From: Octopus vulgaris | Taxonomy: Eukaryota | Assembly: GCA_951406725.2 (NCBI GenBank) | Contig: OX597817.1 | Span: 69,068,001 to 69,132,000 of the forward strand | Direction: 5' to 3' | Length of the DNA: 64,000 bases | In this document: positions 49,900 to 63,736 of the stretch, piece by piece | Layout: every line of letters starts with the position of its first letter | Numbering within the stretch: the first letter of the stretch is position 1 | The notes under the pieces: model-generated | Database searches by the model: none | What the model saw: the letters and a program-made list of their open reading frames with translations, nothing else | Told to the model about the DNA's origin: nothing | Made by a program: the position numbers and the translations under genes

Positions 49900-50790
49900 A
49901 TGTGAGCACTTCAATGCAAGAATATTGTATCAGAGCCAAAAACAGTTATGCAAGCTGGCTTCATGGTGGTTAACTGTATTAAGCAGTATGTATGGTTTTG
50001 TTTCAGTGTTGCCATGTTTGGTCTATGTTAGGTTGGTGTTGAAAGTAAGGCCTGGTATTTTGGAGTTTTTTGCTTTTTGGCAGGGAGGGGTACAGTATAT
50101 AATGTGTATATTGGGTGTTAGATTGTGTACAGCTAGATCTATTGTAAAAAGGGGTTTTTTTGTGGGGTAGAGGCTGTGTTGAATACATACAACACCATAG
50201 GTATGACTGAAATTATAGTACTCTCAGAATTCATATGGGTTATGACTCAGTGGTTAGAGTGTCAGGTAGTGAGTTTGATTCCTGACCTGGACAATGTGTT
50301 GCATTCTTGAGCAAGACACTTTATTGTCCTGTTTCTCCAGTTCATTCAGCTGTAGAAATGAGTTGCAATGTCACTGGTGCCAAGCTGTATCGGTCTTTGC
50401 CTTTCCCTTGGATAACATTGGTGGCACGGAGAGGGGAGAGTGGTATGCATGGGTGATTGCTGGTCTTCCATAAACAACCTTGCCCAGGCTTGTGCCTTGG
50501 AGGGGAACTTTCTAAGTGCAAACCCATGGTTATTCATGACTGAAGGGGTTTTCTTTATAGAGTGTGTGATCGCACCTGCATATATCATGAAATTTGTTAT
50601 TGTTGTTGTGGTGGTGGTGGTGGTGGTGGTGGTGGTTGGTGTAGATGTGTCTAACATACATAGATTGAAGAAAGCAGGTGATAGGATTCAACCTTGTGGG
50701 ACTCCTATCTTATGTGTCTTCTTTCTCATCTTGATTGTCATTGCTTTCATAGATATTTGTTCTATTATGGCAAGAAATCACTAATCTGAG
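49900..50790 (-). mobile_element. Decayed I/Jockey-group LINE RT fragment interrupted by a SINE C
   Basis: Minus strand IGVPQG*ILSPAFFNL (~50660-50710) and KIPGLTFNTNLT*TKH (~50010-50060). Confidence 0.7.
50235..50575 (+). mobile_element. CORE-type tRNA SINE (family C)
   Basis: TGACTCAGTGGTTAGAGTG; TTCTTGAGCAAGACACTTTATT; body shared with the 35540 copy. Confidence 0.8.
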
Positions 50791-51083
50791 AGCTAATTAG
50801 TCTTGATAGTGCTTTACTAGAGTTCCTCAATGATAACTGAGACTTGTCAAACATCTGCCAGTGTCAATAAAATTAATTTAAGCTCTAAAGGGAGAGAAAT
50901 AAGAAAGCCTGTTGTATTATTCGCAAGTAGGAAGAATAAAGAGAATAAAGAAACAATCTATTTGTTCATTAAGTTAACGATACATCTCGACAGCAGCGAA
51001 AATATAAGACATCTGATTATCAACTTGAATAAGTAAAGAAACTAGTCTATTCAAAACTCTACTTTATCAAATAGAGAGAACCT

Positions 51084-51290
51084 GAATCAATGAGGGAGTC
51101 ATGATTAGGTCGTCTGTTTCGTCCAGAAGTAGTAATCAAATCTTTTAAAAATTATTCTCTGCTATCTTTAAAAAACACACTGGATATTGCAGTTCTAGAT
51201 GCTAGAGAAAACCAGGATGGGCATGGTTGGAATGTCCCTGATTGTCCCACTATTCAATCAGTGCTGAATCCAGATTAAATAACAGTAAAT
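51084..51290 (+). mobile_element. Family E retroposon, near full length, diverged
   Basis: CAATGAGGGAG...CAAATC...GGATGGGCATGGTTGGAATG...ATCAGTGCTGA...TAAATAAC. Confidence 0.55.
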
Positions 51291-51975
51291 ATATATAAAT
51301 TTGACAAACAATAACTGAATATAAATCATTTATAAGTAAAATGTATATAAAAGCAAATAACTTTAGCTCAAGTTTGCTTTAAATGCTTAGAGATTATTAA
51401 GCAGCTGTTGTATTTTTTTTATCTTGATGATGATGATGTTATAATATAATTGTATATTAATATTGTCTTAAATGAAGAGGATCAATAAAGATGCTCCTTC
51501 TAATAGCTAATTTTGTAACAACATGTCTATTGTCTTTTGAGATAAAGTAAAGAGGTTTGTCAATAAGATTATAAATTCAACTCTTTGCAAGAACAAAAAC
51601 AATAATGGCCTGACTTCACATAAACACTTGGTTCTTGAACCATTTTGGTCATTGATCAATTCACAAACCACTAGTGCTGTTACCACCACCACCAACAACA
51701 ACAACAACACCGCCACCACTACCTCCACTACCACCAGTACCACCAGAACTATTATTAAACAAATAAAGGAAAAAAACTCTTTGTATTAAAGTAATATAAT
51801 TGACAATAATAAAATTAATTTACTCTTAAAAGTTTTATTGGCAGTCTCTATGTCTCAGAAAGTTTCATTTATAAATTCAAATATGTTGGATACCAGCCGG
51901 AGTGGCAGTAAAGATAGAAGAAGAATAGCGCTAAGAATCAGAGCAATGGCAAAGCTAGTACTGAGTATAAGGTAG

Positions 51976-52012
<37 letters not shown>

Positions 52013-52089
52013 CAAACAAAAGAAGGGCACTCAACACATTTATTGGGAATTACATGTATGGATCAAAACAGTTTGAATCAAACATACAT

Positions 52090-52093
52090 TATT

Positions 52094-52124
<31 letters not shown>

Positions 52125-52500
52125 CCATCATTTAATATCTGTTGTCCATGCCATGGGTTGGATGGTTTGAACGGGCTGGCATGCTGGAAGGCTGCACCAG
52201 ACTCCAGTCTGATTTGGCATGGTTTTCTATGGCTGGATACCCTTCCTAATGCTAACCACTCCAAGGATGTAATGGGTGCTTTTACATGCCACCAGGGTGT
52301 GTTTACGTGCCACTGGCACTTGTGCCAGTATGTGTGACACTGGTATCTGCCACAACTGTGATTTTGTTCAGCATGACGGGTATTCTTCTCAAGCACAATA
52401 TAATGCCAAAGGTCTTGGTCATTGCCTCTGTGAGGCCCATCACTCGAAAGGAATTCAGCCACTTTGCCTCCATGAGGCCCAATGTTCGAAAGGAACCCAG
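52090..52500 (-). mobile_element. Family D retroposon
   Basis: (ATC)n tail; GGCTGCACCAGACTCCAGTCTGATTTGGC; GGCTGGATACCCTTCCTAATGCTAACCACT. Confidence 0.85.
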
Positions 52501-53188
52501 TCACTTTATATATATATAGATATACAGAGAGAGAGACAGACAGACAGAGAGACAGAGACAGACAGACAAATAGATAGAAATTAATATAAGCAGCTAGCCA
52601 CAATACAAAGCCATATAGAAAAAAATTAGTTGACACTAATTGTGAATGTGGGTGCTAAAAGTACGGTTATAGCTAGAAATAAGAGTAAAAATTCCTATAG
52701 TTGTATGGTTCTAGCTTTGCTCATGAGGCAGTTATCTACTCTGTCAGTATAAAAAAATGTGCTTTTCATGCAGTCATGAAGCTACAAAAGTTTTAACACT
52801 TATTTCTAGTGATATATCAATACATAAAAATTTTTAATATAAAGAAATTTATTTCTTTATATTAAAAATTTTTATATTAAAAATTTTATATATATATATA
52901 TATATCAAATATTATTGAGTATCACAGTAACAGTAAAGATAGATAGAGAGCAATGTGGAATGTGGAGTATTAGAATATCATCAGTAAAGATGATAAGAAT
53001 AAAGGACACATAGTGCTGAGTATCAGCATACAAGTAGAAACATCAGAGTAACAGTCAAAATAAAAGACAAATAAGAGTTGAGTGTCAGAGAAAGAGTAAA
53101 ATATTAACAGTAGAGGACAAATAACATTGGGCATTAGAGCATCATTTGAAAATAGGTTTTCTTTATAAAGAAAACCAAACAGAAAACA

Positions 53189-53306
53189 ATGTTCAACTTA
53201 ATGTGGATGCTTTGCTATAACACAAAATACTGTGTTATTTATCCAGAGAGAACCTCCCATAATGCAGTATTGTTGTCCTAAAAAGCATCCACATTAAGTT
53301 GAATAT
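53189..53306. repeat. Inverted repeat
   Basis: TTCAACTTAATGTGGATGCTTT / AAAGCATCCACATTAAGTTGAA plus inner AATACTG / CAGTATT. Confidence 0.85.
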
Positions 53307-53749
53307 AAAGATTGCCGCTTGGTACTAATACTGCTTCTGTCACAATTATTTTAGATACTAGTGTTGTTTTATGACAAAAACTGGTCAAGCTATAGACACT
53401 ATAATGTTTTTACTGCAGTTGATGTGTTTTGTAATAGGTCACCACTCCAGTCAGTCCTCTATGAACAAACTTATAGCACAATGAAAAGTGAAAGGTCTGA
53501 GGGTAGAAGGCTGCTGTTTAGGTAATGGATGGCCTCAAAGTAAATTTTGCTGAGAAAATGTTTTTCTTTTTTTATAAATGATATTTTGTGACACTTCACA
53601 ATTAGACTGATATTTATTTAAGCAATAAAAAGATTAGTTTTTATCATTGCTGGAAAAGATTAATCTGATTAAAACTCTATTTCCAAAATGTCACAGAATA
53701 TCCTAAATACATACATACCAACACACACACACACATTACATACATAGAT

Positions 53750-53915
53750 AGGTGCAAGCATAGCTGTGTGGATAAGAAGCTTGCTTTTGCAACCATGTGG
53801 TTCATGGTTCAGTTCCACTGTGCAGGATCTTCAGCAAGTGTTTTCTACCATAGATCTGGGCCAACCAATGCCCTATGAATAAATTTGGTAGACAAAAACT
53901 GTGTGGAAACTTGCT
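53750..53915 (+). mobile_element. Diverged SINE A 5' half
   Basis: GGTGCAAGCATAGCTGTGTGG head and central domain. Confidence 0.75.
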
Positions 53916-53958
53916 GTGTGTGTGTGTATGTATGTATGTATGTATGTATGTATGTATG

Positions 53959-53994
<36 letters not shown>

Positions 53995-54193
53995 CAAGAT
54001 CTGACTGGGCCTGACGAAGGCAGCTTCACAGACAAACAATTGTACCTAGTCCAACCCATGCTAGCAGGAAATATAAATAAAACAAGTCTTTAACGTTTCG
54101 AGCCTATATATATATATATATATACATACAAGAGTAAGCACATAAATGCGAAACAACATGGAGAAAATAGTACTTGAATACCAGCAGTATTGT

Positions 54194-54306
54194 AAAGCAG
54201 AAAAAATACCACAAAAACTGTTACTCACAGTTTCATGTACCCATTTGTCCGATGAACAGTAACATGAAACTCTGAGTAACAGTTTTTGTGATATTTTTGC
54301 TGCTTT
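54194..54306. repeat. Hairpin with ~45-bp arms
   Basis: CACAAAAACTGTTACTCACAGTTTCATGT / ACATGAAACTCTGAGTAACAGTTTTTGTG. Confidence 0.9.
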
Positions 54307-54430
54307 TTAATGAAGTATATATATTTATATACAAACACATATGCATTCACACATATATATACACACACACACATATATATATATATACATGCATGTGTGT
54401 GTGTATATATATAATATATATACACATGCA

Positions 54431-54467
<37 letters not shown>

Positions 54468-55109
54468 TTATAATTCAAAATCCAAAATTAGGGAATGGTG
54501 TACATAAAATCCAGGTTTCATATTTTTCATAGATAGCAGAACCTTGGAAATAGTGATTGTCCAAATGAGGAGTAATCCACTGGGGTATAAGTGTACTAGA
54601 GTATTAGTTTGTATGTATGTATGTATGTATGTATGTATGTATGTATGTATGTATGTTTATATACAAATTGGCGTGTGGGGTTTGTTAAAGTACTTTTTGT
54701 GGAGCAGTAGGGAAGATGTGTATTTCAAGGACTGAGATTACAATATACATCTTTAATATGCTTCTTTTTCACAAATATCAGCACACAAATCTATGAGACA
54801 GTCTTTACACTGTCACTCAACCAGTCAGAGACGCCTGGAAAATCTCCCTGCAACCCTTCCTCTCATGTTAAGAAAATGGTACATTGTCTAATGTGATCTT
54901 GGATTAGGTATACTTAGGTAAGAAAAAAAAAAGAAAACTTAAGTAACTGGAATATCCTTGATCCCATATCTGCCTGAAAAGGACTGACCCTGGACCTAAA
55001 CAACAGCAGCTGAAGCAACAAGGAAGGTTTTTAAGTGGTTACTAAATTTGCTAAACATAGCATTGAAATCTACTTCGATCACATTTTATTATATTAGAAA
55101 GAGTAAGCC

Positions 55110-55322
55110 AGTGAGCTGGCAGAATCGTCAGCACACTGGATGAAATGCTTAGCAGTATTTTGCCTGTTGCTATGGTCTGAGTTCAAATTCTGCTGAGGTT
55201 GACTTTGCCTTTCATCCTTTCGGGGTCAATAAATTAAGTAGCAGTGAAATACTGGGGTTGATGTAATCGACTATTCCCCCTTTCCCAAAATTTCGGTCCT
55301 TGAGCCTATAGTAGAAAGGATT
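55110..55322 (+). mobile_element. SINE B nested in a family E element
   Basis: GAGCTGGCAGAATCGTCAGCAC...CATCCTTTCGGGGTCAATAAATT; ATTATATTAGAAA repeated on both sides. Confidence 0.85.
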
Positions 55323-55989
55323 ATATTAGAAAAGGCACATTGTCTAAATAATGAGGTTTTAGATTATCTGTACAGGTGAGTTGTGATTGGAACACCTTTG
55401 ATCATAGGTCTGCTCAATCTGAGCTGGCCTAGGGTTAAATAACAATGAAGGTGGCAATCATGTAGCACCATAAATTTGATTGGTTGGTTCTAAAAAAGAA
55501 ATTTTTTTTTTAAATCAAGAACTTTGCTTGAATTGTGGTTTACACCTATATATGTGAGGTTGCTAATGCTCAATCTCAGATTCAGGAGTAGTTTAAAATT
55601 TTCGTGAACATTTGATGGTTAAATAGTCAAGCTGATCCATTAAGATGTATTCCCTCCTATCCTTCTTGTAACATTGCAAAGATAGAGTAACTTAGAGAGA
55701 AAGAGAATTAGGTAGAGAGAGAGAGAGAAGAGAGAGAGGGAAAGGGTGAAAGAGGGTGAGAGACTTTCTGACAAATAAATTAATTTGATTTATCAGCTAG
55801 CTGGCACAGGGAGCTGACAGTTTTTCTTAATACACAACCAGCAAGCCTGCAAGAGTGGCTTGTGTCAGTTAGTAAAGAAGCCTAAGTAATGCTTGCCTTC
55901 ACAGAAACAAATGCTGTCAGAGCATGAAATGTAGGATTCATTTACATGCATCTCTGTAAAACATCACGCTCAATCTATGTAGAGGCGTG

Positions 55990-56020
<31 letters not shown>

Positions 56021-56262
56021 TTCGTTTTGCAGTGAAAGCAGACTCACACTATATATGGGAGGGAAAAAATAAAACTTAAGTAAGGATTCGCTGACATCCC
56101 TGCAGACCATCTCAGCATGCCATTCATTTCTTTCGTCTCTTACAAACTGTAATGTCCATCTCACACTTATTTCCTCTCTCGCACAAACACACATGACCGA
56201 ACACATATATATATTCACACATACACACACATGTTCACGTACACACAGATGCATTCACACAA

Positions 56263-56298
<36 letters not shown>

Positions 56299-56320
56299 AT
56301 ACACATAGTCACCTACATAT

Positions 56321-56352
<32 letters not shown>

Positions 56353-56533
56353 TCACATGCATACACATTCACATTTTCATCCACTTGATTGATTTATTTT
56401 TGCATTCTGTGCTTGTTTGGATTCTCTCATCGTCCTGTGGTAATTTGCAAATCACAGTTCATCTGTTACTGCATAGTTCACAGCTTTATAAAGGCATGCA
56501 TGCGTGTGCATCTGTGTGCACATTTGCATGTAT

Positions 56534-56575
<42 letters not shown>

Positions 56576-57044
56576 TGTGTATGTATGTACATATACATGT
56601 GTCTGTGTTTGTGTGTTTGTGTGTTAGTAATGAATGTGTATGCACGTATATTTATTATTATATTTGCAAATCAAATTGTATCAGAAACAGCAATATTCTG
56701 AATAAAGTGAACTCAATACACTAAGTGGAGAAGATATATTTTATAATATATTAATTACAGTTGACTGAATGTGCATTGCTTTAAGTTTCTTCCTAAACAA
56801 AGTAATCTGCTAATGTTCTCTCACCCAACCAAGAAGTTCTTTCAAATGTTACAGTTTTATCATTAACATTTGGTAGCAAAGATTAGACATGATTCATGCA
56901 TAAATCCAATTGTTCAATAGAATACCAACAAAAATCTATACCAAATATAAATTTACATATATGCATATTGTGACAATATATATACATATGTACATACATA
57001 CATGCATATGTGTGTATGTATATGTATGTATTTATCTCCCTCTT

Positions 57045-57075
<31 letters not shown>

Positions 57076-57254
57076 ATTTATATATATATATATGTATATA
57101 CATATATATATATAGAGAGAGAGATAGATACATACATACATACATACATACATAGAGAGGGACAGAGAGAGAGGGAGACCATGAAAGAGAAGGAGATATT
57201 TAGTTGTCAATATCTGGGACGAGCTTTGGAAAGACAACTATAGGGTTATTATCC

Positions 57255-57650
57255 AGGCATGGCTTTGTGGTAAGAAGCCTGCTTCCCAACCACATGATTC
57301 CAGGTTCAGTCCCACTGTGTGGCACCTTGGGCAAATCTCTTCTATTACAGCCTCAGGCTGACCAAAGCTTTGTGAGTGGATCTGGTAGATGGAAACTGAA
57401 AGAAGCCTGTTGTATATACATATATGTATATATTTGTGTGAGTGTGTGAGTCTGTGTCTGTCTTCTGCCATGACTTGGCAGCTGACATTGGTGTGTTTAT
57501 GTTCACATAACTTAGCGGTTCAGCAAAAGAGGCCAACAGAATAAGTGGTAGGCTTGCAAAGAATAGGTGCTGGAGTTATTTGTTCGACTAAAGGCAGTTC
57601 TCCAGCATGGCCACAGTCAAATGACTAAAATAAGTAAAAGAATAAAAGAA
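57255..57650 (+). mobile_element. Full-length SINE A
   Basis: Family A head to tail. Confidence 0.88.
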
Positions 57651-58524
57651 CATACACACACACACACATGTATATATATATATATATATATTACATATAT
57701 ATATATAAAAATTAGAAGAGGTACACCAAAGGGAAGATGAAAGAGGCTAAATTGGCTTAGCAGGAACGATATATATATATATATACATTCTAAGTTGAAA
57801 AAGTCATAAAGACTGAAACTGGTATTAAAATGTTCTTTATGATAAAATTATTTTAGCATTTTCTACCTAGTTGTATTTTCCTTATACATACACACACACA
57901 CACACTTCCTCTAGTACATTTTAGTTTATTACTTTTTGACAAATACTTTCGATAGGAAATATAGCTTGAGAGTAGTTATGTGTGAAACTACACTAGTGGG
58001 TGAATTAAATGTTTATCATTGTACTTATATGGCAAATATCTTTTGAGAAAGACATGAACAACATTTAATCGCATTACACCTTTTCTATGAATTGAAGATC
58101 TCTTAAAATCACCTGTTGTTTATTCATTTAATTTTTTTTTTTAATTTATAAATATCAGAATTTACCGCATAATCAAACCCAATGAGCTGGGAACAATGGA
58201 CACAGAGAAAAAAATAAAATTAGCATTATTTTTAAAATACAGCTAAAAGTTTTTAATAGGATGCTTGCAAAATTTGGTGAATAATTATGTTTAAACCAAA
58301 ATGAATATGTAATTATTTTTGTCTTAATTATTATGGCTATCAGATCAGTAGTTTGCAATTAATAATACAACAGATGAAATTCTAAATACTATTTAGTTAA
58401 ATATCACTATCTCCCAGTGGAATCAATAAGATAAGCTACAGACATATATTTGCAATAGAGTGGTTGATAGTATTATCCTATTTGTATGACTAAAAAATCT
58501 GTTTCAAAATTTATTACATACTGG

Positions 58525-59065
58525 GAAGGTGTATGGCTTAATGGTTAAGATATTCTGCTTATGGCAGTGAGCTGGCAGAACCGTTAGCACACCGGGCGAA
58601 ATGCATAGCCATTACATTCTGAGTTCAAATTCCGCCGAGGTCAACGTTGCCTTTCATCCTTTCGGGGTCAATTAAATAAGTACCAGTTACGCATTGGGGT
58701 CGATGTAATTGACTTAATCCATTTGTCTGTCCTTGTTTGTCCCCTCTATGTTTAGCCACTTGTGGGTAATAAAGAAACAGATATTCTGCTTATGATCGTA
58801 AGGTCAAAAGTTCAATTCCTAGTGGTGTGTTGTATCCTTGAGCAAGACACTTTATTTCATATTGCTCTGGTCAACTCAGCTGGCAAAAATGAGTTGTACC
58901 TGTAATTCAAAGGGCCAGCCTTGTCACATTCTGTTTCATGTTGAATCTTCCTGAGAAGTATGTGAAAGGTACACATGTCTATGGAGTGCTCAACCACTTG
59001 CCCATTAATTTTATGAGCAGGTTGTTCCATCAAGTGAAACCCTTGTCATTGTAATTGATAGAATA
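58525..59065 (+). mobile_element. CORE-type SINE C with nested SINE B (58564-58778, 16-bp TSD)
   Basis: TSD AGATATTCTGCTTATG at 58548-58563 and 58779-58794. Confidence 0.88.
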
Positions 59066-59149
59066 CCTGCAACAAACTGGGTAATTTGTGACATTCCTTA
59101 TGTGACATTCCAGGCAAGACAACTTATGAATCTCTTCCAGACTACTAAA

Positions 59150-59685
59150 GTGGTTCCAAATTTTGGCACAGAGCCAGCAATTTCAGAAGACGGGTAAGTC
59201 GATTACATCCACCCCAGTGTTCAACTCTGAAAGGATGAAAGGCAATGTTGACCTTAGTAGAACTAGAAGTCAGAATATAAAGACAGACGAAATGCCACTA
59301 AGCATTTTGCCCAGTGTGCTAATGATTCCACCAGATCTATTTTTTAAATAATATTTTTGTTGTTTTTGTAAAATCTCAGAAAATAATTTAAAATTCACAT
59401 TTTTTGTCAAATTATTTTGTTATATTTGTCTATCTACAATAATATTATTAACAACAATAATAATAATGGTGGTTTCAAATTTTGGCCTAAGATCAACAAT
59501 TTCAGGGGAGGGGGTAAGTTGGTTACATCACCCCCAATACTTGAATGGTACTTATTTTATCAACACCCAAAAGAATGAAAGGCTAAGTCAACCTTGGTGG
59601 AAATTTGAACTCAGAATGTAGAGACAGACAAAATACCGCTAAGCATTTTTCCTAGCATGTTAATGATTCCATCAGCTTGTCACAA
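59150..59685 (-). mobile_element. Two diverged SINE B copies (~59150-59335 and ~59475-59685)
   Basis: GGATGAAAGGC...GAACTCAGAATGTA...CTAAGCATTTT in reverse orientation. Confidence 0.75.
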
Positions 59686-60441
59686 AAACAACAACAATAA
59701 CAATAACAATAATAATAATAATAATAATTATAGAAACAATAAATAAACATTAATAATACAACTATCATTTTCTTTTTTCAAAGAATTTTTATTATGCCTG
59801 ATGATACCTGACAGAAGCTACACCAAATTATCAGCCCAATCACATATAATTCTATAGAAACAAAAATCTAAGCAAATGCTTAAAGAATGTCTCATTTCTA
59901 CTAAGAATTTTTGATGAACCTTTCTAGTTTTGCTATTTCACATAAGAGATTCTCAACTACTTTCTCTAAAGAAATAAATGGCCCATTTTTGCATGAAATC
60001 TTTCAAAAACCAATCACAGATTTCTATAATTGGCAAACTCATGAAATGCAAAATTTTCCAGACATCTTTATTTTCTTTTGATTTCCCTGTCTCTCTCTTT
60101 CATTATACATACAAACATATATATATCATATACATACATATTATTTATCCATTTATCTTGCCTTGTTCTGCACTTCTCCAGAATCTCTACTCTTTATGTA
60201 TTAGCAACCTTTAATCATATATACCAAAATAATTCTTCAGATTGTAAATCATCCGAGTAGAAATTCGACTTCTGGTTATATGGACTTCTTTCTTCTATTT
60301 CTATGCTTTCTTATACACACACATACACATGCATGCACACACACACACACACACATATACAACCTCTCTTAACTTCATATGATTGTTGAATCTATCTATC
60401 TTTAATGAGAGTCTACCAACTTCACATTACATATGTATATA

Positions 60442-60503
<62 letters not shown>

Positions 60504-60545
60504 CCATCTATATACATACATACATATATATATATATCTATCTAT

Positions 60546-60588
<43 letters not shown>

Positions 60589-60861
60589 CATCATCATTGA
60601 ATATGTTTTCTATGCTAGTATGGGTTAGATGGTTTGAATGGAACTAGTAATGCCAGGGATTTATCAGGCTTCATTTTCTGTTCTGGTTTCTACACCTGGA
60701 TGCTCTTCCTACGGCCAACCACTCCACAGAGTGTACAGGGTGCTTTTTATGTGACATCAGCACTGGTATCAATTCTGCTGTGGTAGCAGGTCTTCTTGAG
60801 TATAGCAATGCATCAGATATCTCGGTCCTTAGTCATCTTCTTCATAAGCATCATATATATA

Positions 60862-60922
<61 letters not shown>

Positions 60923-61029
60923 GAGTATTATCCTGCGTTTGAGAATTTAAAATCACTTCTTTAACTTTCTAAGACATCTCAACGCTTCTAAAGCAAACTT
61001 TGTTTTTGTTTACGTTCATCATAATTTGA

Positions 61030-61100
<71 letters not shown>

Positions 61101-61229
61101 AGCATGGAAGATGGACATTACATGACGGTGACACCATTGTTTTAATGCCTTATTTTTCATACTTGCATGTGTAGGATGAAGTTTTTATGAGGGGCCAGTG
61201 GTAAAATGAACTGAACACAAGTGGTCTCA

Positions 61230-61560
61230 AGCACCCATCTATATGTCAACAATGAGATGGGCCAGGAGAGGTTGAACAATGAGGATTGTCACATGGCAAA
61301 TGGAAAGTAGATGGGTTCTGTATCGGAGAGTTGCATAAAGGAGTGACATAGTGGTGGAGCAGAATAGGTGCCCTCACTAGAAGCAATGTACAGTAAAGAC
61401 AGAAGCATAGTACAGTGAGAATTAAAAGAAGGGAGTGACTGAAAGATGAGCAATAGATATGGGTAGAATGCATTTATACTGAACAGTAGATGAGCAACAA
61501 AGGCAAGGATGACGGAGTACAATGTGTGTTTCCTCCTTCTCTTTTTATACATTAACGACT
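61230..61560 (-). mobile_element. Decayed CR1-like LINE fragment
   Basis: C-rich minus strand resembling the 3' ORF2 region of the other CR1-like copies. Confidence 0.4.
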
Positions 61561-61599
61561 TCTCACTCTCACTTTCTCTCAGCTACTCTATTTCTTCAT

Positions 61600-61790
61600 T
61601 TCTTTATTTCTTTATTGTCCACAAGGGGCTAAACATGGAGGGGACAAATGAGGACGGACAAAGGAATTAAGTCGATTACATCGACCCCAGTGCATAACTG
61701 GTACTTAATTTATCGACCCCGAATGGATGAAAGGCAAAGTTGACCTCAGTGGAATTTGAACTGAGAACATAACGGCAGATGAAATACCAT
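61600..61790 (-). mobile_element. SINE B, 5'-truncated
   Basis: TATTTCTTTATTG..CACAAGGGGCTAAAC...GGTACTTAATTTATCGACCCCG. Confidence 0.88.
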
Positions 61791-61832
61791 AATAAAAAAT
61801 GTGAAAACTGGCCCATGTTTTAACTTTATTCA

Positions 61833-61924
<92 letters not shown>

Positions 61925-62284
61925 ATATATCTTTACATGTCTGTCCGCCTATCTATTCATATATATATGCATGTGTGTGTGTGCATGTGTGTGCTGACTT
62001 TACCTTCCATCATTTCAGGGTTGATGAAATAAGTTGATTACTGGGGTCAACATAATTGATTATGTCTCTCCCCAAAATTTCAGGCCTTGAGCCTATAGTA
62101 GAAAAGGTGTGTGTGTGTTTGTGTGTGCATGTGTATGTTTGTACATGATAAAAGCTTCCACAGTTTCTATATATCAGTTTCATTGATAAGGCATTTATAG
62201 ATCCATGGTTTAGTAGATGCTTGCCCAGAGTGTCATACAGTGAGATAGAATTTGGATGTGTGATTATGTGTGTGTGTGTATGTA

Positions 62285-62361
<77 letters not shown>

Positions 62362-62366
<5 letters not shown>

Positions 62367-62655
62367 ACTCTCCTGTCATTAGATGACATATGAGGGTTCG
62401 GCAGTTTCTTGTTGAACAACCACACAGATGATTTGTTTATAGTGATCAAATGTTTGTGTCGACATAAGCTCACTCCCTTCATCAGATCGACATTACCTGT
62501 ACAGGTGCAACTTGTCAGATGTCAAAACAATTTCAGAGCAACATGAAATGAAGTGCTTTGCTCAAGAACACAATGCAATGCCTGATCTGGGAATTGAACC
62601 CATGGTCTCACAATCGAGAGTGCAACACCTTAACCACTAGACCATGAGCTTTCAC
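62362..62655 (-). mobile_element. CORE-type tRNA SINE
   Basis: CAGAGCAACATGAAATGAAGTGCTTTGCTCAAGAACACAATGC...GGAATTGAACC...CTTAACCACTAGACCA. Confidence 0.75.
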
Positions 62656-63427
62656 ATACATATATATATATATATGTGTATGTGTTGCATTTATATCAAT
62701 ACAAAACTCATATACATTATCGTATACAGCATTTATACAGAATAAGCGAGGTTAACAGAATTTCGATAACTCTGTGCAACTATCTGAGTACTGAAAATCT
62801 AATTTGTATTGAATTAGAACTACATCATTCATTTATTGCAGGATGTCAAATATTTATTTCCATTCTCAACTACTTTATCTGTAAATATATGTGTGTGACT
62901 GTGCATATGGCTGTGAATGAGTGCATGTGTATGTGTGCATCTATATGTGTATACGTTTGCACTAGTATGTCTGTGTGTGTGTATGCATATATGTATATAT
63001 ATGTATATATAAATAAATAAATAGGTATGCATACCCACTCATACATACACACAAAGGGAGAAAGAATATATTCATGCATGCACATAGCTGCATTCATAAA
63101 TATGTGTGTGTGTGTGTCTTGTTTTCCCTCCCATATATATATGTATATATACACACATGTACAACATGTGCTTGCACATGTGGCTCATGCACACAGACAC
63201 AAACACTCCAACACACATGTAAGTAAAGACATCAAGAATGAGAATGCATTCCTCTAAAAAAAGAAGAAAAAAATTACATAATCCTTTCAGTGGGAACTTA
63301 ACTCACTTAAAAATCATTCCCCAAGGCTTTATGTAAATGAAATGTCACACAATTTATTATCGGTGGCTTCTTTCTCTATCAACTGTGCCGTTAATTCTTG
63401 CTGCACCAAGTACATACATACATATAC

Positions 63428-63487
<60 letters not shown>

Positions 63488-63488
63488 C

Positions 63489-63549
<61 letters not shown>

Positions 63550-63703
63550 ATATGTATATATGTATGTATATATGTATGTATATATGTATGCATGTATGTA
63601 TCTATGTATGTATTATTCTGCATATATATGTTTTAACTAAATATATGACATCCTGCTTATATGATAACGAATCTGAATGGATGTGCACAGAAAATACCTA
63701 CAT

Positions 63704-63736
<33 letters not shown>

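Noticed and set aside
52040-52636. Longest ORF (198 aa)
   Set aside because: Runs through microsatellites and a family D retroposon
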